Part shown: positions 1-8,547 of the stretch, piece after piece
Layout: each line of letters begins with the position of its first letter
How positions within the stretch are numbered: the first letter of the stretch is position 1
Sequence record: PP763253.1
Source: Acinetobacter phage Ab1-TPeters
Length of the DNA stretch: 64,000 nucleotides
Reading direction: 5' to 3' (one strand)
Translations under genes and position numbers: made by a program
Notes under the pieces: model-generated
Databases searched by the model: none
What the model saw: only the letters and a program-made list of their open reading frames with translations
Told to the model about the DNA's origin: nothing

Positions 1-10
1 TCCTAAGGCA

Positions 11-268
11 ATGGCTAATGTCTTCAACTACGAAGAACTTTACCCTCACTTCATGCTACCTAAAATCCCAGAGGGAGTTGTACCTTTAACTATTCTGTTC
101 TCTGAATCAGGTCATGGCTTGATGATTAGAATGGTACGTGGGTCAGTTACTCCTGAGCTAAGATCTGCTTTAATCTCTAAAAAGCTGTATAAAGATAGAT
201 CATACATGGAGAAAGCTGTGTATAAAGCTTTCAATGAGCTGTATAACTCGGGAGTGTCTAATGTCTAA
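11..268 (+). CDS. hypothetical early protein
   Basis: 85-aa ORF. Its stop overlaps the next start (ATGTCTAA), suggesting translational coupling. No recognisable motifs. Confidence 0.4.
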   Translation: MANVFNYEELYPHFMLPKIPEGVVPLTILFSESGHGLMIRMVRGSVTPELRSALISKKLYKDRSYMEKAVYKAFNELYNSGVSNV

Positions 269-671
269 ACCACTATTAGTTCAAGGAAGCTACGTAAAAC
301 TACGTGCTGGATCAGTAGCTGAAGTTATTTCGGTTCTGAAGTCTAAGGGTTATATTTACGCTCCTGTAAGTAATTGTCGTTACTTGGCAACGATTTTCTC
401 GATAACTCTTCGTGATTTGCTTAGTAATGGTGAGTTCAGGGAGGTTACTCTGAACTATGTCAAGAAAGAGCCTAATTTATATCTTCAATACGAAAACAGC
501 AGAGAGCTTAGCAAGTCTGGCAGTAATATAGTCGATGTAATTTCCAAAGAGGATTACATTAAAATTACTCTGGATAGTTTACAAAAGATATACGACACTA
601 ATCGGAATAAAATAGCTGACATGAAGGCTCAACAGAAATCAATTAAATCTTTAATGGAGACTTTAGCATGA
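261..671 (+). CDS. hypothetical protein (start trimmed to ATG at 261)
   Basis: The ORF track gives 234..671. The ATG at 261 overlaps the upstream stop codon (aATGtcTAA), a typical coupling arrangement. Confidence 0.4.
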   Translation: MSKPLLVQGSYVKLRAGSVAEVISVLKSKGYIYAPVSNCRYLATIFSITLRDLLSNGEFREVTLNYVKKEPNLYLQYENSRELSKSGSNIVDVISKEDYIKITLDSLQKIYDTNRNKIADMKAQQKSIKSLMETLA

Positions 672-919
672 AAGAATTACTGTCAGGTTACCCTGTAGGT
701 CAGATAGTTTGTATTAGCTCTGAGCGAGTTATTAATCCAGTTTCTATTCCACTAGAGGAAGCTGAAAAGCTAGTTGCTGATTACACTGCTGGTTTAGATA
801 TTCACTCAGAACGAGCTCGTCGTGAATTTGGTGATAACTTCACTCCAGAACAGCGACTAATTGCTAAACGTAAAAACTTCTTGAGCTTCTATAGCTCATC
901 ATTACCTAAAAACAAATAA
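668..919 (+). CDS. hypothetical protein
   Basis: 83-aa ORF. ATGA start/stop overlap with the upstream gene. Confidence 0.4.
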   Translation: MKELLSGYPVGQIVCISSERVINPVSIPLEEAEKLVADYTAGLDIHSERARREFGDNFTPEQRLIAKRKNFLSFYSSSLPKNK

Positions 920-931
920 GAGAGAACTTCT

Positions 932-1393
932 ATGAAACTTAATTTTAATAAAGGCAACAATGAGGCTTCAGTTGCTAAGTGGAATAACATCGTTGTATTA
1001 TTAACTTCTGGGGAAACTGGCGAACAAGAAGTTATGTTCACTGGTGTATCTAAATCTGGTAAGGCTTTGTTTGCTAAATTGGCAGATGGAGTTAAAGTCA
1101 ATGCTCCTGAGGGAGTTCGCTCAACTGGGTCAATGTGCTGTGAGTACGGTCATGGTTTAGATGAGAACAACATTGAATATGACTTTACTCCTGGTTTAAT
1201 GCACCGTTACTTATACATTTCCAGATACGAGCCTAGCTTCCCTCAGTTTACTACCCCAGCTATTGGTGGGATCTACTACTTGACTCAGTACAAAGGTGAC
1301 TGGAAAGTTGCTGGTGTAGATGACCCTAGCTTGTTGAATGACTTCCTTCACTTAAACACAACTTACCAATCTCTGGAGAAGTCAAATGGCTAA
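932..1393 (+). CDS. hypothetical protein
   Basis: 153-aa ORF with an RBS-like AGAGAGAA upstream. No recognisable motif. Confidence 0.45.
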   Translation: MKLNFNKGNNEASVAKWNNIVVLLTSGETGEQEVMFTGVSKSGKALFAKLADGVKVNAPEGVRSTGSMCCEYGHGLDENNIEYDFTPGLMHRYLYISRYEPSFPQFTTPAIGGIYYLTQYKGDWKVAGVDDPSLLNDFLHLNTTYQSLEKSNG

Positions 1394-1757
1394 TGTAAGA
1401 ATTCGTCACGTACGTCCAGGCAAAACAGTTTACGTAGCTTCTCCTTATTACGATGGCTTAGAGAAGTGGGTTCTTCAGTCTGGCCCAGTTGATACAATTG
1501 TAGGCTCAAAGGACTTCGTAAATGTAAAGGCAACTTGCCTTAAGTCTGGATATGAACTTAAATTTATGAGTCAGCGTTCCCTTAAAGATGCTGGGATTAT
1601 TCCTAATAACTATAACGGAGCACGTTCGTTTACTAAATTAAGCGAAGCTAAGCGCTGGTTAAAACAGGCACATAAGGATCCTAGTCTTATTGACATTCTT
1701 AATCCTAAAGAAGACTCTGATTTTATTGATATGGATTGGGGTGATTATTGGGAATGA
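1386..1757 (+). CDS. hypothetical protein
   Basis: 123-aa ORF. ATGgcTAA overlap with the upstream gene. Confidence 0.45.
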   Translation: MANVRIRHVRPGKTVYVASPYYDGLEKWVLQSGPVDTIVGSKDFVNVKATCLKSGYELKFMSQRSLKDAGIIPNNYNGARSFTKLSEAKRWLKQAHKDPSLIDILNPKEDSDFIDMDWGDYWE

Positions 1758-1780
1758 TCCTGTTTGTTAAACATTGTTCA

Positions 1781-1800
1781 AACCTGTTAAGGTAAGGGCG
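1781..1800 (+). promoter_or_regulatory. conserved intergenic promoter-like motif (CCTGTT variant)
   Basis: AACCTGTTAAGGTAAGGGCG, 35 nt upstream of the 1835 gene. Confidence 0.35.
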
Positions 1801-1834
1801 TCTGTCTTTACTTTAACAAACTGAGATTTACATT

Positions 1835-2029
1835 ATGCTAAAAATTCTTGTATTAATCGTTGGGTTCGCTATTCTCTTGACTTTAGGTTTCCTTATCAAC
1901 AAACGTCAAAAAGCCTACGAAGCTAAATTGAGAGAAGAAGCTAAACAACGTCGCTTGAAGTCTTTACGTGATCGTCAATTAAGCAAACGTGAACTAGCTG
2001 CTATTGAATATAATCTGGAGTGTGACTGA
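1835..2029 (+). CDS. small membrane protein (one N-terminal TM helix, basic C-terminus)
   Basis: 64 aa. MLKILVLIVGFAILLTLGFLI is hydrophobic and is followed by a K/R-rich tail. The motif AACCTGTTAA lies upstream. Confidence 0.4.
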   Translation: MLKILVLIVGFAILLTLGFLINKRQKAYEAKLREEAKQRRLKSLRDRQLSKRELAAIEYNLECD

Positions 2030-2199
2030 TGATCACTCTTAAGTTCTTTCTTGAATCAATTGTAATAGCTGCTATAGCTTGCTTGTTCATGATCGCAATG
2101 ATAAAGGCTAGTGATCGTGAATTCAGACTCAAACTGGAACATGAATGTAGTTCAGGTGACTTATATTCATGTTCTGAATTAAATAAAATTCCGGAGTAA
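2029..2199 (+). CDS. small hydrophobic protein (56 aa, below the ORF-track cutoff)
   Basis: The ATG at 2029 overlaps the upstream TGA (TGATG). Translation is MITLKFFLESIVIAAIACLFMIAMIKASDREF..., ending at TAA 2197-2199. Confidence 0.3.
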   Translation: MITLKFFLESIVIAAIACLFMIAMIKASDREFRLKLEHECSSGDLYSCSELNKIPE

Positions 2200-2298
2200 T
2201 ATTGTGAGTAAACAAGTTGACAAACGAATTGCAGTTATTGCTGAGCGCTTAATGGTTATTAAGCTTCGTCGTAATTTAGAAAGAAAGAAGGTGAAGAA

Positions 2299-2553
2299 GT
2301 GAGATCTATGTATCATGGATGGAGAACTGATTTGATTCTACTTAGATTCAAAGAGCTTCACCCTAAACGTAAAGCACTCAAGATGAAGATAAAGGCACGT
2401 GGCTTACCTGAGTCTATGGAACTGTGCCGATTGACTATGTGTATTATTGAAATGAGATCTGTCCTCAAATATCGTGGAGTCACTAATATTAAAGAAGCAC
2501 TTCGAGATCCAGCTAATTTAGTCTGGAGTTGCCCAGTTAAGGAAGTTAGGTAA
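2299..2553 (+). CDS. hypothetical protein
   Basis: 84-aa ORF. Its stop overlaps the next start. Confidence 0.35.
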   Translation: MRSMYHGWRTDLILLRFKELHPKRKALKMKIKARGLPESMELCRLTMCIIEMRSVLKYRGVTNIKEALRDPANLVWSCPVKEVR

Positions 2554-2786
2554 TGCCTATTTCAGTTCGAATTTACAATAACGGTGACACAATTATCAAC
2601 GTTGTTCACCCAGACCACATTGCTGACCACATTGAATACAATTGTGATTTCAGATGGGGATGTGCACTGGTAGTTGATGGTGAGATCAAGAATAAAGGAT
2701 ATCTGGATGAGTCTCGAATTATGGAGATTTATAATTCAGCAAAACTACCTGACCCAACTAAATTCACACCAATACCTTACCGCTAG
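2553..2786 (+). CDS. hypothetical protein
   Basis: 77-aa ORF, followed by a strong hairpin plus T-run terminator. Confidence 0.4.
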   Translation: MPISVRIYNNGDTIINVVHPDHIADHIEYNCDFRWGCALVVDGEIKNKGYLDESRIMEIYNSAKLPDPTKFTPIPYR

Positions 2787-2794
2787 AATCTCTA

Positions 2795-2838
2795 AACTCC
2801 CCTCAAGAGCTGTTTACTTTTGAGGGGAGTTTTTATTT
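2795..2838 (+). terminator. rho-independent terminator
   Basis: AACTCCCCTCAA (2795-2806) pairs with TTGAGGGGAGTT (2820-2831) around a 13-nt loop. TTTATTT follows. Confidence 0.6.
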
Positions 2839-2858
2839 ACCCAACAATCGAGGATATT

Positions 2859-3149
2859 ATGAAGAAATACATTATGTCAGTGGAGGTGCCGTCAGTTCTT
2901 GACTCACCTTTAATTCAATTTAATACAATGCTAAATGACAAGACTCATCGTGAGGCTTTTAAGCTAGTTATCAAACAAGAAGCTCTTTCACCTAACTATC
3001 TGGATAAGTTGAATAATTCTGAGGTTCGTGAACGAGTTGCTAAGGTAATTGCCAAGTCAATAGATAAATTTGTTGAGTCAGGTTCAGTTCTTACTTCAAA
3101 GACTAATCGAACACCTTCAGTTAGAATTTCAGTAAAACCTGTTCCTTAA
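2859..3149 (+). CDS. hypothetical protein (start moved to the ATG after the terminator)
   Basis: The track ORF 2820..3149 begins inside the terminator hairpin. The ATG at 2859 is preceded by GAGGA. Confidence 0.4.
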   Translation: MKKYIMSVEVPSVLDSPLIQFNTMLNDKTHREAFKLVIKQEALSPNYLDKLNNSEVRERVAKVIAKSIDKFVESGSVLTSKTNRTPSVRISVKPVP

Positions 3150-3157
3150 CATTGGAT

Positions 3158-3187
3158 AAAGCCTGTTTAAAATGATAGGGGAAAGCC
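3158..3187 (+). promoter_or_regulatory. promoter-like motif followed by leader hairpin
   Basis: AAAGCCTGTTTAAAATGATA followed by the hairpin GGGGAAAGCCCC, then the RBS AGGAG and ATG at 3205. Confidence 0.4.
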
Positions 3188-3204
3188 CCGCAGGAGTATA
3201 AATC

Positions 3205-3510
3205 ATGTATAAAACAGCTTTAATCGCGACTATTTGCCTCTTAGCGGCAGGGAAACCTTCCGCTTTAATTTGGGAATATAATACCTCAAATGAGCGTGAA
3301 ATGGTCATAAAACGTACAGTTCAGAAGGATTTACGCTTACCTTACGATGAACGTCATAAAGTTGCGAGATATGATGCTTCAGTATATTATAAGTGTGAGT
3401 CTGGAATTGCTATGAAATACAATGTTAAGACAGGTGAAGTCGTTGAGATCAAGTCAGGTTGTTATCTAGATGTACCTGAGGGTAAATCTAGATTGCCTCG
3501 ATTCCTATAA
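3205..3510 (+). CDS. secreted/exported small protein
   Basis: N-terminal signal-peptide-like MYKTALIATICLLAAGKPSA. A promoter motif, the hairpin GGGGAAAGCCCC and the RBS AGGAG lie upstream. Confidence 0.45.
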   Translation: MYKTALIATICLLAAGKPSALIWEYNTSNEREMVIKRTVQKDLRLPYDERHKVARYDASVYYKCESGIAMKYNVKTGEVVEIKSGCYLDVPEGKSRLPRFL

Positions 3511-3541
3511 ACCAACCAATCGAAAACTCGAAATTGACTCC

Positions 3542-3557
3542 AAACGCTGTTTAAGTG
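3542..3557 (+). promoter_or_regulatory. promoter-like motif upstream of ligase
   Basis: AAACGCTGTTTAAGTG. Confidence 0.35.
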
Positions 3558-3625
3558 CCGGCAGGGGGCAGGATTTCAGAGAGTTTAATGAGTGGAGTTA
3601 ATAAGTAATTTATTAATTTAATTAA

Positions 3626-5467
3626 GTGAGAAGTGAAGTGATTGAATTAGAAAATAAGGTAGTTGAAGCAAGTAAGGCTTACTATTCAGGTAATCCTATA
3701 ATGAGTGACTCAGCATTTGATGAAATGATTGATGAGTTACGTAAAGTACATCCTGAGTCAGAGTTGTTAAATACAGTTGGCTGGGGAGGTGAAGTAAATG
3801 AATCTCACTTAGAGAAATTCCCTCATTCTACTTTCATTGGTGGACTTCCTGAAATTAAGATTCACAATATTGAATCATTACCAGAATCTGAATTCTATGT
3901 TGAGTCAGATAAACTGGATGGAATTACAGGTGTAGCTTACTATGAAAACGGTGAACTAGTTCGAGTTCTTACTCGATTTGATGGTAAAGAAGGACTTGAT
4001 ATAACTAAGAACTTAGAGTATGCTAATATTCCTAAATCAGTTCCTGTAGGAATCAAATCAGTTCGAGGTGAAGTTCTTATTACCAGAAAGGATTTTGATG
4101 AAGTCTTATCTGAGCATTATTCGAATGAGCGTAACGCTGTAGCTGGAATGTGTAATCAGAAGAATCTAAGTGATGAACTTAAGAAATATATTAAGTTTGT
4201 TGCATATGATATTCCTGAATCAGAAGATTTACCTCACTTGAAATCTAAGTGGGATAAGCTACGTATGATTGAAGCATGTAAATTTAACCCAGTAAACTAT
4301 ACAGTTCACCTATCTAGAGACTCAGTAATTCAGAGTTTAAAAGAATTCAATCCCTACGAGAGATCAATTGAATTTCTTCTTGATGGCGCAGTTGTAGATA
4401 TCCAGTCTGAAAATAAAACTGTCAAGGTAAAGTACCCAGCTGTAATAAAAGAAGTTGAAGTAGTCTGTGTAATCTGGCAGCAATCAAAACACGGTAAACT
4501 TATTCCAGTAATTCAGACTAAACCAATTGAACTTGACGGAGCAATGGTTACTCGGTTTAGTGGATTCAATGCTAAGGCCATTAGCGATAACGGAATTGGA
4601 GCTGGAGCAATAATTAAAGTTTGTAGATCAAACATGGTTATTCCTCACTGGCATTCAACAGTAAAATCAACTCAACCAGATTTACCTGAAGAGGTATATG
4701 GTGAAAAGGTTTATTGGGATGGTGTTCATCTAGCTGTGTCAGTGGATGTAAAGAAACCTTTCCTACATAACTTACTAGCAGTGAATAAGGTTGACGGAAT
4801 AGGCTGGACTGCAATCACAGAAGCAGTTTCAGTTCTAGGAATTCAAGATGCATCTCAACTGGTTAACATTTCTAGATTGATCAAAGAGCATAAACCCACA
4901 GCTAACTTGATTGTCGGAACTAAGAATCTCTTAGATCACTTCGGGGACAGTGTTCGTTACCATAAGTTAATTCAAACTTTAGAGAACATCACTAGCCGGA
5001 CTTACACAATTGCGGATTTGATCGAAATGATGAATCTGAAAGGTGTAGGTGGAACTGCAGCTCATACTATTGGTCGTGAGGTAAGTCATGGTGAATTCCT
5101 ATGGATGCTAAGTGATGGAGCTCTTTCAGAAGATCTGGCTAAGAAGTTACCTAATTACGTAGCTTGTAATTCTATTATTGAGAATAGATCATATATTCTT
5201 GAAATTCTAGAATTAGATCTTGAGATTGTAGACTACGTAGTTGAAGAGCCTAAAGAAGGATTGAAGGTATGTGCAACTGGGTCACTTTCAATGACTAGAA
5301 GCAAGTTGTTTAATGAATGGGCTAAACACGGAGTAATTGAGACAGATGCTGGAAAAGCTGACGTTTTAGTTTGTTCAGGTGAGGGCTCATCTAAGTGGAA
5401 AACTGCTAAGAAACGTGGTATTCCTATTTTAACTGAAGAAGAGTTCGTCTCTCAATATCTCAAGTGA
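3626..5467 (+). CDS. ligA: NAD-dependent DNA ligase (LigA family)
   Basis: The N-terminal Ia-like region YYSGNPIMSDSAFDEMIDELRKV is present. The adenylation motif KLDG occurs in SDKLDGITGVAYY. An OB-domain stretch GAIIKVCRSNMVIPHW and C-terminal HhH/BRCT-sized region follow. The protein is 613 aa. Confidence 0.8.
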   Translation: MRSEVIELENKVVEASKAYYSGNPIMSDSAFDEMIDELRKVHPESELLNTVGWGGEVNESHLEKFPHSTFIGGLPEIKIHNIESLPESEFYVESDKLDGITGVAYYENGELVRVLTRFDGKEGLDITKNLEYANIPKSVPVGIKSVRGEVLITRKDFDEVLSEHYSNERNAVAGMCNQKNLSDELKKYIKFVAYDIPESEDLPHLKSKWDKLRMIEACKFNPVNYTVHLSRDSVIQSLKEFNPYERSIEFLLDGAVVDIQSENKTVKVKYPAVIKEVEVVCVIWQQSKHGKLIPVIQTKPIELDGAMVTRFSGFNAKAISDNGIGAGAIIKVCRSNMVIPHWHSTVKSTQPDLPEEVYGEKVYWDGVHLAVSVDVKKPFLHNLLAVNKVDGIGWTAITEAVSVLGIQDASQLVNISRLIKEHKPTANLIVGTKNLLDHFGDSVRYHKLIQTLENITSRTYTIADLIEMMNLKGVGGTAAHTIGREVSHGEFLWMLSDGALSEDLAKKLPNYVACNSIIENRSYILEILELDLEIVDYVVEEPKEGLKVCATGSLSMTRSKLFNEWAKHGVIETDAGKADVLVCSGEGSSKWKTAKKRGIPILTEEEFVSQYLK

Positions 5468-5474
5468 GGTAACT

Positions 5475-5852
5475 ATGAAATATATCCTTGGTTTACTCTT
5501 ACTAATTCCATTAAGCTCTTTGGCTAAACCAGCTAAACTAACTGCAGATCAGATTGATTGTTCAGCAGTTAGAGCTATGTCTTATGAAATAATGGTTAAG
5601 CGTCAGTATTCAACTGAAACTCCTGAATCTTTGTTTAATAAAGTTAATAAATCTGCATATCTGGATAACAAAGTTAAGTCGGCATTCGAAGTTATCATAT
5701 ACGATTCTTTTGACTATGACTTAGCTGAAACTAAACAAGGTAAAGATTACAGAGTCAAAGATTTCTCTGACTTCTGGTATAGAAAATGTAATTACGGCAG
5801 ATACTTTTACTCAGATCCAGTTAATAGAGTTATAAATTGGACAAAGTACTAA
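5475..5852 (+). CDS. secreted protein of unknown function
   Basis: Signal-peptide-like N-terminus MKYILGLLLLIPLSSLAKP. 125 aa. Confidence 0.45.
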   Translation: MKYILGLLLLIPLSSLAKPAKLTADQIDCSAVRAMSYEIMVKRQYSTETPESLFNKVNKSAYLDNKVKSAFEVIIYDSFDYDLAETKQGKDYRVKDFSDFWYRKCNYGRYFYSDPVNRVINWTKY

Positions 5853-5868
5853 AAACACTTTAAAAGTA

Positions 5869-5940
5869 GGAAAAACGCTGTTTTCCTGTTTCTTAAACAA
5901 TCTACAAGCCTGTTGAAATGTCGGGGCGGTTCGAACCGCC
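5869..5940 (+). promoter_or_regulatory. composite element: hairpin carrying the CTGTT motif, then promoter-like motif, then palindromic leader hairpin
   Basis: GGAAAAACGCTGTTTTCC (near-palindrome), then TGTTTCTTAAAC, then AAGCCTGTTGAAATGTCGGGG, then the perfect palindrome GGCGGTTCGAACCGCC. The order of parts matches the elements at 16376 and 19294. Confidence 0.45.
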
Positions 5941-5974
5941 TTATACTTTTATAATATACACTGGAGTTTATATC

Positions 5975-6595
5975 ATGGCTACTAAAATTTCGAAAATCGT
6001 TGTTGCTTTAGAAGGTGCTGCAATTGAGGTTAACGGTCTATCTTACAAAGTAAGTCAAGGTGCTTTGTATGATGCAGATGGTGAAAAATTAACTCCACGA
6101 AAGTTAGGCACAACTTGGTCTGAAATCTTCGAAATGTCTGGAATAAATTTGGATCCTAAGAAATCTGAACTTGCTTCTTCAGAAGACATTATTGAAGAAG
6201 TAAAGAATACTAAGGTAGATGTTCCTGAGAATAAGGATGACTCTTCAAACAATCAACAAGACAGTAAACAAGATAGTCAGAACGATCAACAGGATAACCG
6301 AGGTCGTCAACCTCGAAAAGAGATAGCTTCTGACGCTAACTTGGAATATTACACAACTCCAGGACAGAAAGCTGCTCTAGCTCCAATTTATGAGAAGTCT
6401 GATAATAAGACAGCTCAAATGATTATGAGCTACTGGAAAGATGAGATGGATCGTGCCACAGTTGTACGAGTTAATCGCGATCAAGTTCTTGAGCTTGATG
6501 AAGTGTTTAAGGCTGCGTTAGAAACAGGTGAACACAATATCCCATCACGTACATTGAATTCGTTGAAAGCGAAACACGTTGCATTATCTAAATAA
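5975..6595 (+). CDS. hypothetical protein with acidic S/D/Q/N-rich low-complexity linker
   Basis: The track ORF starts at 5918, but 5918-5974 is a conserved promoter/hairpin element. The ATG at 5975 is preceded by the RBS GGAG. The segment NKDDSSNNQQDSKQDSQNDQQDN is low-complexity. Confidence 0.45.
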   Translation: MATKISKIVVALEGAAIEVNGLSYKVSQGALYDADGEKLTPRKLGTTWSEIFEMSGINLDPKKSELASSEDIIEEVKNTKVDVPENKDDSSNNQQDSKQDSQNDQQDNRGRQPRKEIASDANLEYYTTPGQKAALAPIYEKSDNKTAQMIMSYWKDEMDRATVVRVNRDQVLELDEVFKAALETGEHNIPSRTLNSLKAKHVALSK

Positions 6596-6601
6596 GATTA
6601 C

Positions 6602-6627
6602 GGGGAGTTTAGGCTCCCCTAATTTTT
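6602..6627 (+). terminator. rho-independent terminator (GGGAGC/GCTCCC family)
   Basis: GGGGAG (6602-6607) pairs with CTCCCC (6614-6619); TAATTTTT follows. Confidence 0.6.
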
Positions 6628-6667
6628 GTACTTAGGATTTACGCTGGATAGGTCTCTGAAATAACCT

Positions 6668-6686
6668 GAAAAGCTGTTTTTAGTAG
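6668..6686 (+). promoter_or_regulatory. promoter-like motif upstream of kinase
   Basis: AAAAGCTGTTTTTAGTAGAGGTG. Confidence 0.35.
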
Positions 6687-6688
6687 AG

Positions 6689-7420
6689 GTGAATAAGATG
6701 TCGTTAAACAAATATTCAGTGGTTTTCTCAGGGACTCAAGGTTCAGGTAAAACCACTTTAACAAACGCTTGGTCAAAATTAGCTGGAATTCCATATAAAG
6801 CAGTTGAGACTAGAAAGTACGTGCCTGAGGGCATTTCTTCACATAAAGATATTATTAATCTTTCTGTAACTAACCCTGAAGTAGCTATTAAATTCCAATC
6901 TGATTTAATTCAGAACCGATTCAAACTCTTCAGTGAGTTAATGGAATCAGATCAAAAGTTCACTAGTGATCGTGCTGTCATTGACAGTTATGTTTATTAC
7001 TTGATGCATAACTCAATGTTTGCATGTGAAGAGAACAATCTAGCAAATAATGGATTTACTCAAGCAAGTGTTGGTCTATACGATCTAACTGTCTTAATAA
7101 ATCCTAAGCCTATACATGTTGAAGACGACAGCTTCAGAATTTCAAATTTATTCTACAACCGTGCCTATGCTGATTTACATAAGGCTACAACACTTAGAAT
7201 TTATGATGCGATTTTCGGTAATGCTAAGACATTGTCTAGCTACTCTCACGAAGGTGAGTTATACAATAATCTTCGCTCTTCAATAACTATGCATGTAGCT
7301 AAAACTCAATCTGGATATAAGCGTGGATTGATTATTCTTAATGAACCAGATGGTATGATTCCAACTGAAAAACGCTTAAACCTAATTTCTAACGCAGTAA
7401 ATGCATTTGACCAAATGTAA
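6689..7420 (+). CDS. P-loop deoxynucleoside monophosphate kinase
   Basis: Walker A VVFSGTQGSGKTTLTN. The size and N-terminal layout resemble phage dNMP kinases. It lies immediately upstream of the ThyA-family gene. Confidence 0.55.
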   Translation: MNKMSLNKYSVVFSGTQGSGKTTLTNAWSKLAGIPYKAVETRKYVPEGISSHKDIINLSVTNPEVAIKFQSDLIQNRFKLFSELMESDQKFTSDRAVIDSYVYYLMHNSMFACEENNLANNGFTQASVGLYDLTVLINPKPIHVEDDSFRISNLFYNRAYADLHKATTLRIYDAIFGNAKTLSSYSHEGELYNNLRSSITMHVAKTQSGYKRGLIILNEPDGMIPTEKRLNLISNAVNAFDQM

Positions 7421-7429
7421 GGAAATAAA

Positions 7430-8479
7430 ATGAAATCTTTTGCAGTGCAAAGTGCCAATCAAGCATTATATGAGTTGACTCAAGAATGTAAGAATGAAGG
7501 CTTTAGTTATTCAACAGAAACTTCTCATAATTCAACACCAGTTGTTTCACTAGGTCTAACTCACTTAGAGCTTACTAATCCACTAAATCGCTTTATTAAT
7601 ATTAAAGGTCGAAATACTAACATCTTTGGTATTATTGGTGAGTGCATCTGGGTTCTATCTGGTTCAGCTGAACTAGGTGATTGGATGAAAACTTTAGTTC
7701 CTCGATCACCAGATTATGCAGATAATGGTGATACATGGCGTGCAGGTTATGGCGAACGAATCTATTACAATGGTCAGATCAACTCTGTAATTGACAGATT
7801 AAAACGAGATAATAAAACTCGTCAAGCAGTTCTCTCAATTTATGACCCTAGCCGTGACACAGATGCTGGAATTAGTGCGGAAATCGGTTCTATTAATACC
7901 AAAGATCACGTTTGTAATATGTCAATGGCGTTTAAGATTCGTGATGGCAAGCTAAACATGACTCTGTTCAACCGCAGTAATGATATCTACTGGGGTTTGT
8001 TAAATGTTAACGTTCCAGAATTCACTCTTATTCAAGAGATCATTGCTGCTTACGTTGGTGTTGAAGTCGGTTCATATAATATTATCTCAGATGATTGTCA
8101 TATGTATCAAATGCCAGTCATCATGAAACAAGCAGAAGCTGTAATTGAAAATTATAACTGGATTGATTCGACAGGTCATGACGATCGTAAGTTGGAATTA
8201 AGCCCTAAGATTAATAATATTAATCTTTTGAGAAAGTTCTGTGAGCGAATTATCTTTGAATCTGAGATTACTAACGAGAATTCAATTGAGGATTATGATC
8301 GTCGAATTCTTTCTATTATTGAAGAGTTTAAAGTTACTGGCAAATTAGCAGATTACGTTAAAATGGCTTGTTACTATTATGCTTCAACTCTAGGTGTAAT
8401 TTACCCACGCCTTCGTGATTTAGAATCGTCTTATCTGGAAGAGTTAATCGATAACTCTTACTTCAATCCCACGAAGTAA
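7430..8479 (+). CDS. thymidylate synthase family enzyme (ThyA or dUMP hydroxymethylase-like) with a ~80-aa C-terminal extension
   Basis: Matches to ThyA motifs include ECIWVLSGS (ELLWFLxG), AGYGERIY (GPVYGxQWR) and HVCNMSMAFKI (PCHxxxQF, Cys retained). NRSNDIYWGLLNVNVPEF corresponds to QRSxDxxLGxPFNIAS, with the dUMP-specifying Asn conserved. Confidence 0.7.
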   Translation: MKSFAVQSANQALYELTQECKNEGFSYSTETSHNSTPVVSLGLTHLELTNPLNRFINIKGRNTNIFGIIGECIWVLSGSAELGDWMKTLVPRSPDYADNGDTWRAGYGERIYYNGQINSVIDRLKRDNKTRQAVLSIYDPSRDTDAGISAEIGSINTKDHVCNMSMAFKIRDGKLNMTLFNRSNDIYWGLLNVNVPEFTLIQEIIAAYVGVEVGSYNIISDDCHMYQMPVIMKQAEAVIENYNWIDSTGHDDRKLELSPKINNINLLRKFCERIIFESEITNENSIEDYDRRILSIIEEFKVTGKLADYVKMACYYYASTLGVIYPRLRDLESSYLEELIDNSYFNPTK

Positions 8480-8487
8480 GATCCGTC

Positions 8488-8520
8488 AGCTCTTGATTCC
8501 GGTCAAGAGCTTTTTATTTT
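8488..8520 (+). terminator. rho-independent terminator
   Basis: AGCTCTTGA (8488-8496) pairs with TCAAGAGCT (8503-8511) around the loop TTCCGG; TTTTATTTT follows. Confidence 0.55.
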
Positions 8521-8547
8521 GTAATAAACAACGTAAGAGAAATGTAA

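Noticed and set aside
5925-5940. tRNA-like GGTTCGAACC (T-arm-like) sequence
   Set aside because: It is a perfect 16-nt palindrome (GGCGGTTCGAACCGCC) with no acceptor, D or anticodon arms around it. It is interpreted as a leader hairpin.
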